Part shown: piece by piece, positions 27,416-35,622 of the stretch
Numbering within the stretch: the stretch's first letter is position 1
How the letters are laid out: each line of letters begins with the position of its first letter
Assembly (NCBI GenBank): GCA_964431545.1
Contig: CAYSLC010000001.1
Location: forward strand, 44,386 to 108,385
Direction of reading: 5' to 3'
DNA: 64,000 bases
DNA from: an uncultured Desulfobacteraceae bacterium
GTDB taxonomy: Bacteria; Desulfobacterota; Desulfobacteria; Desulfobacterales; JAABSP01
Program-made: the position numbers and the translations under genes
Notes under the pieces: model-generated
What the model saw: only the letters and a program-made list of their open reading frames with translations
Told to the model about the DNA's origin: nothing
The model's database searches: none

Positions 27416-27598
27416 CTACAGGTTCGCGACGACGTAGCTGTAGCGGACGCCGCCCAACCCGACGGTATCGAGGAACTCCTCCAGCGTCGGCTTGGCCTTG
27501 GGGGCCTCCATGAACTCCCGGGCTGTGTCATGGCAGTCCGCCTCGGCGAAGGTTGCGGCCATAAAGGTCTTTTCCAGCTTCTCAAAAAACTTTTTCAT
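27416..27598 (-). CDS. 60-aa protein consisting largely of the MAATFAEA motif
   Basis: An AAGGAGA RBS lies 6 nt upstream of the ATG, and the gene is directly downstream of a consensus sigma-54 promoter. Sequence: MKKFFEKLEKTFMAATFAEADCHDTAREFMEAPKAKPTLEEFLDTVGLGGVRYSYVVANL. Confidence 0.65.
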   Translation of the reverse strand: MKKFFEKLEKTFMAATFAEADCHDTAREFMEAPKAKPTLEEFLDTVGLGGVRYSYVVANL

Positions 27599-27660
27599 GG
27601 TGTTCTCCTTTTTTCATCCATGTGGGTTATCGATGCCACCTTTTCGATGACAGATAACGA

Positions 27661-27676
27661 AGCAAGAAGGGTGCCA
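27661..27676 (-). promoter_or_regulatory. sigma-54 (RpoN) -24/-12 promoter
   Basis: The minus strand reads TGGCAC-CCTTC-TTGCT, an exact match to TGGCAC-N5-TTGCW. It lies about 60 nt upstream of the 27598 start codon, in a 197-nt low-GC gap. Confidence 0.75.
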
Positions 27677-27795
27677 AACCAGTAACAGCCACCGTTTCGG
27701 GCGCTGGTGGAACTATGGTCCTCCCCGGAAACGGAGTTGAAGCACCATGAAACAAATCAAAACAATTACATCGGCACAAACCGAAACATAATGAA

Positions 27796-28173
27796 CTATG
27801 TATCAGGCTTCCCCGACGCCTCCTCGATCTTCGAAAGGAGCTGATTAATATCGATGGGCTTCATCATGTAGTCGAAGGCCCCCTGTCGCATCCCCTCGAT
27901 CCCCTCTTTGGTGGACCCCCGTCCGGTGAGCAGGATCACCGGCATGTCCGGATGTTCGGACTTGATCCGTTTGAGCGTCTCCAGGCCGCCGATGCCCGGC
28001 ATCATCAGGTCGAGGACCACCAGGTCCGGCGGGTCGTCGGAGACCATGGGCAGCGCGGTCTCCCCGTCTCCGGCCGTCCGCACGGCCATTCCCCTGAGTT
28101 CCAGCCGTTCGGCCAGGGTGGTGACAAACTCCTTTTCATCGTCCACAAGAAGCAGTTTCATTTGGGCCATCAA
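27796..28173 (-). CDS. single-domain response regulator
   Basis: LLLVDDE, LVVLDLMMPGIGG, ILLTGR and YMMKP are present. The start overlaps the upstream kinase stop by 4 nt. Confidence 0.9.
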   Translation of the reverse strand: MMAQMKLLLVDDEKEFVTTLAERLELRGMAVRTAGDGETALPMVSDDPPDLVVLDLMMPGIGGLETLKRIKSEHPDMPVILLTGRGSTKEGIEGMRQGAFDYMMKPIDINQLLSKIEEASGKPDT

Positions 28174-29912
28174 CCGATCTCCTCCGGGGACTCGTTCCCC
28201 GCTGTGGCCTTCTTCGGCAGATAAACGGTAAAGGTGGCGCCCTCTCTCTCCTTGCTGTGGACCTTGATGTCGCCACCCAGTTTCTTAACGATTCCGTAGG
28301 TGATAAAGAGCCCCAGCCCGGTGCCCCCCGATTTTTTCGTGGTGAAAAAGGGGTCGAAGATCCGCTGGATCGTCTCCTCGGACATGCCGGAGCCGTTGTC
28401 CTGGATGGAGATCCCCAGGGTCTCGGGATCCTCCTCCCAGGTGGTGACGGAGATCCGCCCGCCCTCGGATACCGCCCCCAGCGCGTTGGTCATGATGTTG
28501 AGAAAGACCTGCTGAAGCTGGCCCAGATCCGATGAGATCCGGGGGAGGTCTTCGGCCAGCTGGAGGCGAAGGTCGATGTTCCGGTAGATCATCTCCTTTT
28601 CCAGGAATCCCGCCACATCCCGGATCAGGAGGTTGAGGTCGAGTTCCTCGAAGTGGACCTCCTTTCTGCGGGCGAAGCCCAGAAGCCGATGGGTGATGGT
28701 CTTGCACCGGCCCACCGAGTCGAGCACCCCTTCCAGAAGCTGTTCGAACTTCTCCTTTTTGTCGAAATCCTTGGAGAAAGCGACCAGATCCTGGAGCAGT
28801 CCGGCCTTTTCGTTGATGATGGCCAGGGGGTTGTTGATCTCATGGGCCACACCGGCGGCCAGCCGGCCGATGGAGGAGAGCTTCTGGTTCTGCTCCAGCT
28901 CGTGGATGGCGTTCTCCCGTCGTTCGTCCGCCTCGCGGATGTTGGTCACCAGCACGTCGGAGAGCTTGATGACGATGACCATGATGACCACCACGCTGAC
29001 GAAAAAGATGAAGAACATCTCCCCCTGGAGCGTCATCCAGGTCCTAAGGACCAACGCCCTGGGCTTGACCACCACCAGTTGAAAGCCGGGCTTTTCGAGG
29101 CCCACGTACGCGATGGTCACCTCCCTCCCCTGGGGATCGAGGGTGTCGAGCACATGGGGGCCGAAGCTCTGGGAGGGGAGATCGAAGGGGCATTTTTCCA
29201 GGAGTTCGCCGTAGAAACGGGACCGGGTCTGCAGGATCCCCTCCTGGTTGATGATGAAGGCGTCCGCCTCGGGGTCGAGCCCCATGGCCGAGATGAGGTC
29301 GTAGAACCGGTTGGTGTCGATGGTGGCCCGGAGGACCCAGGTGCGGCCCTCCTCCTCCACCCGCTGGACGGCGATGGCGATGTGGGGAAACTTCCGATAC
29401 CCCATGAAGACGTCGCTGATGTAGGTGTCCCGGATGACCACCTCCTGGAACCATTCCTGGCCCGAATAGTCCTTGCCCAGCAGGGAGTAAGGCCCGGCGT
29501 AGCTGATCTGCGTGCCGGCGCTGTTGATCAGTCCGATGTCCACGAACCCCTCGAACTCCATCTTGAGGACCCGGAAGATCCGGGCAAGGGTCCGCTCGCC
29601 GGCGAGCTGGTCAAAGGAATAGGCCGAGGCGACGAACCGGACCGTGGAGAGCCGTTCCTCCAGGAAGAGTTCGAACGAATGGCGGGTCTTGCTCAGCAGG
29701 ACCCGGAGAGGGTCGATGACTTCGTTTTTGATGCTCTCCCGGTACTGGAAATGGTTGATTCCCGCCATGATCCCCAACGGCAGGATGGTGACGACCAGCA
29801 TGGTCACGGTGATGTTCCGCCGGAGTTCCAGATACCGCCGGGGGGAGTCGCTCACCTTATGGATGCTCAGAAACCCTCTGAGGATGGCGCTCGGCCAGTG
29901 CCTAACATTCAT
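28170..29912 (-). CDS. Cache-type periplasmic sensor histidine kinase (paralogue of 24548..26281)
   Basis: The ATG at 29912 has GGAGGA 6 nt upstream, so it is preferred over the track start at 29966. H-box AAGVAHEINNPLAII, N-box LNIMTNALGA, G-boxes DNGSGMS and GGTGLGLFI. Confidence 0.9.
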   Translation of the reverse strand: MNVRHWPSAILRGFLSIHKVSDSPRRYLELRRNITVTMLVVTILPLGIMAGINHFQYRESIKNEVIDPLRVLLSKTRHSFELFLEERLSTVRFVASAYSFDQLAGERTLARIFRVLKMEFEGFVDIGLINSAGTQISYAGPYSLLGKDYSGQEWFQEVVIRDTYISDVFMGYRKFPHIAIAVQRVEEEGRTWVLRATIDTNRFYDLISAMGLDPEADAFIINQEGILQTRSRFYGELLEKCPFDLPSQSFGPHVLDTLDPQGREVTIAYVGLEKPGFQLVVVKPRALVLRTWMTLQGEMFFIFFVSVVVIMVIVIKLSDVLVTNIREADERRENAIHELEQNQKLSSIGRLAAGVAHEINNPLAIINEKAGLLQDLVAFSKDFDKKEKFEQLLEGVLDSVGRCKTITHRLLGFARRKEVHFEELDLNLLIRDVAGFLEKEMIYRNIDLRLQLAEDLPRISSDLGQLQQVFLNIMTNALGAVSEGGRISVTTWEEDPETLGISIQDNGSGMSEETIQRIFDPFFTTKKSGGTGLGLFITYGIVKKLGGDIKVHSKEREGATFTVYLPKKATAGNESPEEIG

Positions 29913-30258
29913 GGGATTTCCTCCTGGGGCACAGAATGCTCCCCGGTTCCAGGCGCCCCGCCACATAGGCGGACAGGGCCGCCTTCCACGCCCCGATCAC
30001 GCCGTCCAACAAAGAGACCCGTTTCCACTGGAGGTACTGGTGGTACTCCTCCTCGATGCCGCCGCAGATCACGGTGCCGATCTCCTCTTTGAGGACCATG
30101 TGGCACAGCTGTTCCGCCGAGGCCTGGGAGACCACGATGATCCGGTCCTCCCGAACGTCCCCTTGGCTGTCCAGGACGGCGATGAGGACCTCCGTCGCCA
30201 GGTCGAACCGGGGGGCCACATCGTCGCCGAAAAGGGGGATCAACACCTTGTCGCTCAT
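29902..30258 (-). CDS. NifX/NifB-C-terminal-type (dinitrogenase FeMo-cofactor-binding fold) domain protein
   Basis: An ATG at 30258 overlaps the EBP stop (ATGA). MSDKVLIPLFGDDVAPRFDLATEVLIAVLD...AEQLCHMVLKEEIGTVICGGIEEEYHQYLQWKRVSLLDGVIG has the pattern of that small alpha/beta family. Confidence 0.65.
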   Translation of the reverse strand: MSDKVLIPLFGDDVAPRFDLATEVLIAVLDSQGDVREDRIIVVSQASAEQLCHMVLKEEIGTVICGGIEEEYHQYLQWKRVSLLDGVIGAWKAALSAYVAGRLEPGSILCPRRKSHEC

Positions 30259-31685
30259 GGGGAGTCGATCCCGTGCCGCTTCATCTTCCGCCAGAGGGTC
30301 GATCTGCCCCATCCCAAAATCTCCGCGGCCCGGCTCCGTTTGCCTCCGGCACGAACCAGGGCGTCGAGGATCATCCGCCGTTCCACCTCGGCCCAGGTCT
30401 CCGTCCCGCCGCTCCCCTCCGCGCCGGTAAGTCGGGGCCGTTCCCCGGCCGGGGGGCGGTCCCCTCCGGCCTCGCCGGCGGGGACCGGCCGGGGTTCGGT
30501 GAGGTAGGCCGGCAGGTGGGCCGGCAGGATCCGGGATTCCCGGCAGATGTTGACGGCGTACTCGACGATGTTCCGCAGCTCCCGGACGTTGCCGGGGTAG
30601 TCGTACTGATTCAGGAGGGTCAGAGCCTCCCGGGAATACCCTTCCACGGCCTTGTTGAACTTCCCCGCGAAGCGGTTGAGGAAATGGTCGAGGAGGAGGC
30701 GGATATCGAGTTCCCGGTCCCGCAGTGGCGGAAGCTTGACCCGCACCACGTTGAGGCGGAAGAGGAGATCCTCCCGGAATCGCTTCTCATGGACCATCGT
30801 CTCCAGATCCCGGTGGGTGCCGGCGATCACTCGGACGTCGGCCTGGAACCCCCGGGTACTGCCCAACGGATAGACCACCTGGTCGTCCAGGAAGGTGAGC
30901 AGCTTCACCTGGAGGGTCGGGGGGAGATCCCCGATCTCCGTGAGAAAGAGGGTGCCGTTGTGGGCCAGTTGGAACCGCCCCGGCTTGTTCTCCACCGCGC
31001 CGGTGAACGCCCCTTTCCGGTGGCCGAAGAGTTCCGACTCCAGAAGGGTTTCCGGGAGGGCCCCGCAGTTGACCTTGATGAAAGGGCCCTTGGCCCGGCC
31101 CGAGGCCCCGTGGATCGCCTCGGCCACCAGATCCTTGCCGGTCCCGGTCTCGCCGGTGATCAGGACCGAGGAGTCGCTCTGGGCCACAGCGGGAAGAACC
31201 GAAAAGACCTTCTCCATGCTGGGGCTCTTGCCGATGATGGTCCCGAAACTGTAGGCCTGGCTCGACCGGGCGTCCATCTCCCCGTACGGCCGGAGGTCCT
31301 CCACCGTTTCGATGAATCCCAAGGGATCCTCCCCGTCGCCGGCGATGGGGGCGACGGTGACGCGGACCGGGATCCGCTGCCGCTCCCGGTTGATGATGTC
31401 CGTGTCGACGCTGACGGGGTTGGTGTCCGCGGTCATCCCCCGGGCCGGACACGCGGTGACGCAGGCCCGGCTTCGGAGGACATGGTGGCAGGGGATCCGG
31501 TAGGTCGCGGCGGTCTCCTGGGAGAAGCCGGTCACGGCGCACAGGGACCGGTTCAATAGGGTGACATGGAGTCCGTCGTCGAGGATCGCAATGCCCATGG
31601 GGATCTCGTCGAGGAGCGCCTGGAGGGTGACCGGGGCGTGAAAAAGCCCCTCCACGCGGGGGATGCACCGGTCCTCAGGGGCCAC
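30255..31685 (-). CDS. sigma-54-dependent transcriptional activator (PAS - AAA+ - Fis HTH)
   Basis: Walker A GETGTGKD, the sigma-54 contact loop GAFTGA and a C-terminal HTH (AAEILGWGRSTLWRKMKRHGI). The N-terminal PAS-like domain carries C..CHHVLRSRACVTAC. GTG start. Confidence 0.9.
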   Translation of the reverse strand: MAPEDRCIPRVEGLFHAPVTLQALLDEIPMGIAILDDGLHVTLLNRSLCAVTGFSQETAATYRIPCHHVLRSRACVTACPARGMTADTNPVSVDTDIINRERQRIPVRVTVAPIAGDGEDPLGFIETVEDLRPYGEMDARSSQAYSFGTIIGKSPSMEKVFSVLPAVAQSDSSVLITGETGTGKDLVAEAIHGASGRAKGPFIKVNCGALPETLLESELFGHRKGAFTGAVENKPGRFQLAHNGTLFLTEIGDLPPTLQVKLLTFLDDQVVYPLGSTRGFQADVRVIAGTHRDLETMVHEKRFREDLLFRLNVVRVKLPPLRDRELDIRLLLDHFLNRFAGKFNKAVEGYSREALTLLNQYDYPGNVRELRNIVEYAVNICRESRILPAHLPAYLTEPRPVPAGEAGGDRPPAGERPRLTGAEGSGGTETWAEVERRMILDALVRAGGKRSRAAEILGWGRSTLWRKMKRHGIDSP

Positions 31686-32236
31686 TACTCCTCTTCTTCC
31701 AATAAGGCGTGGACCGCCAGCAGCAGATCGGCGTCCCGGAGGACCCCCACCAGTTGCTTCCCCTCCAGGACGGGAAGCTTTGTGATCTTGTTTTTGAAGA
31801 TCATCCGGAGGGCGTCCATGAGCCCGGCGTCCGCCTGGATCGTGCCCCGGATCTTGAGCATGATATCCTTGACCTTGACCTCGGCGTTCTTCCGGACCCG
31901 GGCCCGGAACCCCAGATTGGCGTCGTCCAGATCCGAGGCCCCCGCCTCCGCGAACGCGGCCGAAACCCCGGCGGCGGCCAGCCGCTGGCTGAGCCCCCCC
32001 GCCACCTCCGGGATCAGGGTCCTCAGAATGGTGGCGAAGTCCAGAATCCCGGCCAGGTTGTCCTTATCGTCCATGGCCAGGACCGTCCGATGGCCGGCCT
32101 CGGTGCACGATTCGGCGTCCAGCTCGCAGTAGGAGCCCCGGAGAACGGCGACGGCCTCCCGCAGGGGGGCCTCCTTGGAAACGGTGGAGTAGTCTTTGAT
32201 CGGGATCATGATCTCCCGGACTGTTTTTTTCAACAT
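31685..32236 (-). CDS. CBS-domain-pair protein with inter-domain AAFAEAG insert
   Basis: The ATG at 32236 has AGGAGG 9 nt upstream. The N-terminus MLKKTVREIMIPIKDYSTVSKEAPLREAVAVL parallels the 20800 CBS protein. The linker contains GVSAAFAEAGASDLDD. Confidence 0.75.
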   Translation of the reverse strand: MLKKTVREIMIPIKDYSTVSKEAPLREAVAVLRGSYCELDAESCTEAGHRTVLAMDDKDNLAGILDFATILRTLIPEVAGGLSQRLAAAGVSAAFAEAGASDLDDANLGFRARVRKNAEVKVKDIMLKIRGTIQADAGLMDALRMIFKNKITKLPVLEGKQLVGVLRDADLLLAVHALLEEEE

Positions 32237-32323
32237 ATTTCGGTACCTCCTGGATGGCATTCGGGTTCTTGGAGCCCCGGTGGTCGGCGGTCCCGGCCCC
32301 TCGGGGGTTGGCGTCTCGGTGGA

Positions 32324-32758
32324 TCAGTGGCCCCCGGCGATCAGACCGCTCGCCGCGGCGGTCAGGATGACGGCCTCCAGAATGGCCAATACCGCGTAGA
32401 CCTTGTCGTTGTTTTTCAGGAGGGTGGGCACGATTCTCAGATAGCAGATGATCGTGACCCCCGCCAGGATGGCCACCCCGATGAAGTTGAGGAAGTCGCC
32501 GTACTTGAGCATGCCGAGCCAGGCCCACCCGGAGTGGATGTTGGCGTCATGCAGATATTGATCCACGTTCTTTGACCAGTGCCGGGAGATCTCATCCAGG
32601 GCGATATAGGGGTCCATGATGCCGAAGATGTAGATGGCGTAGGTGATGAAGAGAATGAGCAATCCGATGTACATCCCCTTTTCGAGAATGGCGGCATAGA
32701 TCACCTGTTCCGGGGAGGCCTCCAGGGAGACTTCAGAGCTTTCCGGTTTATCCGTCAT
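32324..32758 (-). CDS. small integral membrane protein (about 3 TM helices), unknown function
   Basis: 144 aa. The hydrophobic helices are MYIGLLILFITYAIYIFGI, FLNFIGVAILAGVTIICYL and VYAVLAILEAVILTAAASGLI. It is tightly downstream of TauE. Confidence 0.6.
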   Translation of the reverse strand: MTDKPESSEVSLEASPEQVIYAAILEKGMYIGLLILFITYAIYIFGIMDPYIALDEISRHWSKNVDQYLHDANIHSGWAWLGMLKYGDFLNFIGVAILAGVTIICYLRIVPTLLKNNDKVYAVLAILEAVILTAAASGLIAGGH

Positions 32759-32810
32759 GTTGTTTTCCTCCTGTATTTTTTAAACTTTTTCCATCTGTGT
32801 TGGCGCGGGG

Positions 32811-33773
32811 CTATCCGAAAATGCCTTTCTGGAGTGCCTTGAGCCCGGCAAAGGCGAGGATGGCGATGACCATCCACCGGATGAAGGTGGGCTTTGCGAT
32901 TTTGAGCAGCCGGACCCCGACAAATGAGCCGAGCATGATCCCCACCAGGGAGGGGACCACCATCAACGGTATCACACATCCTTTGTTCATGTAGATCCAC
33001 GCGGCCGAGGTGTCTGTAATGGAGAGGAGAAACTTGCTGGTGGCCACGCTGATCTTCAAAGGAGCCCCCATGAGCAGATTGAGCACGGGAACATTGGCCC
33101 AACCGGCCCCCAGGCCGAACATGCCGGCCATGACGCCGATGATGACGAACAGGCACAACCCCAAAGGGGTCCGGTGAACCTTCCAGTGGATAGTCTTGCC
33201 GGTACTCGCCTCCTGGTAGACGCCGTAAATCCGGAGGACGGAGGAAAGCGGGTCCGCCTCCGGCACATCCGGCAGCTCCGATTTCTTGGCGGTGAGCATC
33301 AGCGCGCAGATCCCCAGGATGGTGGCGCCCAGGGCGATCTGGACGATCTGGGTGGGCAGGGCGAGCCCGATCATGGCGCCGATGATGGCACAGGTGGAAG
33401 CGATCAGGGCCACGGGGATGGCGAGCCGCAGGCTGGCCAGGTTGGCCTTGAGGAGCCCCGGACCCGCCGCCAGTGCTCCGGACAGGGCCACCAGCAATCC
33501 CGTCCCCCGCACGAAGTCGAGGTGAAACGGGAAAAATCCGCTGATGATGGGCACAAAGAGGACGCCGCCGCCCACGCCGCCCAGGACGGCCAGAATCCCC
33601 ATGACAAAGGTGACGATAAAGAGCAGCAGCGGCCAGAACCACCAGGCATGGGTATCCGGCGCGGGGGCCGGCGCGGCATCCGCCGGCGGGTTGGCCAGAG
33701 CGGTCGATCCCGCCAGGATCATCCCCATAAGGAGTACCAGTGCGACAGCCCAGAACATTCGGTTTTTCCCCAT
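32811..33773 (-). CDS. TauE/SafE-family anion (sulfite/sulfonate-type) exporter
   Basis: The start is taken at MGKNRMFW (ATG 33773) after AAGGAGGAA. It is polytopic, with GGVGGGVLFVPI and GLGAGWANVPVL repeats typical of DUF81/TauE. The upstream 43 track codons are not supported. Confidence 0.75.
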   Translation of the reverse strand: MGKNRMFWAVALVLLMGMILAGSTALANPPADAAPAPAPDTHAWWFWPLLLFIVTFVMGILAVLGGVGGGVLFVPIISGFFPFHLDFVRGTGLLVALSGALAAGPGLLKANLASLRLAIPVALIASTCAIIGAMIGLALPTQIVQIALGATILGICALMLTAKKSELPDVPEADPLSSVLRIYGVYQEASTGKTIHWKVHRTPLGLCLFVIIGVMAGMFGLGAGWANVPVLNLLMGAPLKISVATSKFLLSITDTSAAWIYMNKGCVIPLMVVPSLVGIMLGSFVGVRLLKIAKPTFIRWMVIAILAFAGLKALQKGIFG

Positions 33774-33999
33774 CGATTCCTCCTTGAAAAAGATTTTGTG
33801 AGAGCTGATTGTCTTCTTGAGCCGTGATCTTCGGCCGTGTCTGTCCGATGGAAAATGGGAACTCCCCGCCCGCCTCGGTCGATGGCGGACAAGGGCCATC
33901 AAATACTGAATGTTCCAAAACGTGTCAAGAAAAATGTGAATGCCCCTGTAGGGAATGAACCGCGTTCGGGGGCCGGGGACCCCACTCGGTACGGTCCCC

Positions 34000-35622
34000 T
34001 TACCGCCGGAAGACCACGCGGCCGTCGAAAAGGGTCATCTCCACCCGGGCCTTCCGGATCTCCGAGGGGTCGGTGGTGAAGATGTCCCGGTCGAGGATGG
34101 CGATGTCGGCCCGTTTTCCCGGAGCCAACGTCCCCAGCTCCCCTTCCAGTCCGTAGTAGGCGGCGGTGTCGGCCGTGTAGGCCCGGAGGGCCACCTCCAC
34201 GCCCACCCGGTGGCGGGGGTGCCAGCCGGAGGCGGGGCGGCCGTCCGGCCTCTGGCGGGTGACGGCGGCGTGGATCCCGGCCAGGGGGTTGGGGTCGCAG
34301 ACCGGGGCGTCGGAACTGAAGAGGGTCGGGATCCCGGCGTCGATCACCTCCCGGAAAGGGTAGGTCCAGCGCCCCCGGTCCCCCACGCAGGTGTCGATCA
34401 TCTCGATGTCCAGGACCATGTTGGTCGGCTGCATGCAGGCGGTGACCCCGAGGCGGGCCAGCCGCGCGACATCTTCGGGTCGGACCATCTGGAGATGCTC
34501 GATCCGGTGGCCCAGGCGGGGGTTCGGGCGGCCGCCGCCCGCCCCCCGTTTCCGGGCCAGGGCTTCGAAGATATCGATGATCTCCCGGTTGGCCCGGTCG
34601 CCGATGGCGTGGACCATGACGGCGAGCCCCGCCCGGTCGGCGCTGAAAATGTCCTGGCGCAGCTTCTCCATATCGAGCAGGGGCATGCCCACATCCGCAT
34701 CGAGGTACGGCTCGATCATCCAGGCGGTGCGGGCCCCCATGCCGCCGTCGGCGAAGTATTTGAGGTGGCCGATCCGGAGCCGGTCGTCCCCGAACCCCGA
34801 TTTGAGCCCCAGGCCGATCGCTTCGTCGATGGCCTCGCCGGGCAGGGAGGCCCAGCAGCGCAGATCGAAGTCCCCGCGGTTCCTCAAGTCCTGCCAGCAC
34901 CGGAGGCAACGGCCGGCATTGGGATCATCCATGAGCTTGACGTCCTGGATCCCCGTCAGGCCCAGGGAGTGGAGCACGGGGATCCCCTCGGCCATGATGT
35001 CGGTGAGTTCCTCGTCACCGGGGGGGAGAATCACCTCCTTGATCCGGTTGACGGCATGCTCCCGGAGGATGCCGTCGGGGCGGCCGGTCGCGTCCCTACC
35101 GATGACCCCCTCGGGCGGATCCGTCGTGCTCCGGTCGATGCCGGCCAGTTCCAGGGCCCTGGAGTTGACCGCCACCAGGTGGAGGTCGCAGCGCCACAGC
35201 GCCACCGGATGGGCCGGGGCCGCCCCATCGAGGTCGTCCCGCCCGGGCATTCGCCGATCGGGCCAGGGGGCTTCGTTCCACCCTTGCCCGATGATCCAGG
35301 TGCCCACGTCGATCCGGGAGGCGGCCGCCGCCACCCGGTCGAGCACCTCCTCCCGGGATCGGGCATCGGAGAGATCGAGCTGGCGTCGGCCCATGGCCCA
35401 GTCGTAATAGTGGAAATGGGCGTCGATCATGCCGGGGATGGCCAGGCGGCCCTCCAGATCGATGACCCCGGTCTCCGGGCCGGCCGACCGGCGGATCTCG
35501 TCGTCGGTGCCCACCGCCGTGATGCGCCCCTTGCGGATGGCCAGGGCCTGGGCCGTCGGCAGGGAGAGTTCCAGGGTCCGCACCCGGCCGTTGACCAGGA
35601 TCCGGTCGGGGGAGCGGCTCAC
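34000..35622 (-). CDS. amidohydrolase-3 (YtcJ-like) metal-dependent hydrolase
   Basis: 540 aa. IPGMIDAHFHY is the N-terminal metal-binding HxH motif, and the length is typical of the family. Confidence 0.8.
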   Translation of the reverse strand: MSRSPDRILVNGRVRTLELSLPTAQALAIRKGRITAVGTDDEIRRSAGPETGVIDLEGRLAIPGMIDAHFHYYDWAMGRRQLDLSDARSREEVLDRVAAAASRIDVGTWIIGQGWNEAPWPDRRMPGRDDLDGAAPAHPVALWRCDLHLVAVNSRALELAGIDRSTTDPPEGVIGRDATGRPDGILREHAVNRIKEVILPPGDEELTDIMAEGIPVLHSLGLTGIQDVKLMDDPNAGRCLRCWQDLRNRGDFDLRCWASLPGEAIDEAIGLGLKSGFGDDRLRIGHLKYFADGGMGARTAWMIEPYLDADVGMPLLDMEKLRQDIFSADRAGLAVMVHAIGDRANREIIDIFEALARKRGAGGGRPNPRLGHRIEHLQMVRPEDVARLARLGVTACMQPTNMVLDIEMIDTCVGDRGRWTYPFREVIDAGIPTLFSSDAPVCDPNPLAGIHAAVTRQRPDGRPASGWHPRHRVGVEVALRAYTADTAAYYGLEGELGTLAPGKRADIAILDRDIFTTDPSEIRKARVEMTLFDGRVVFRR

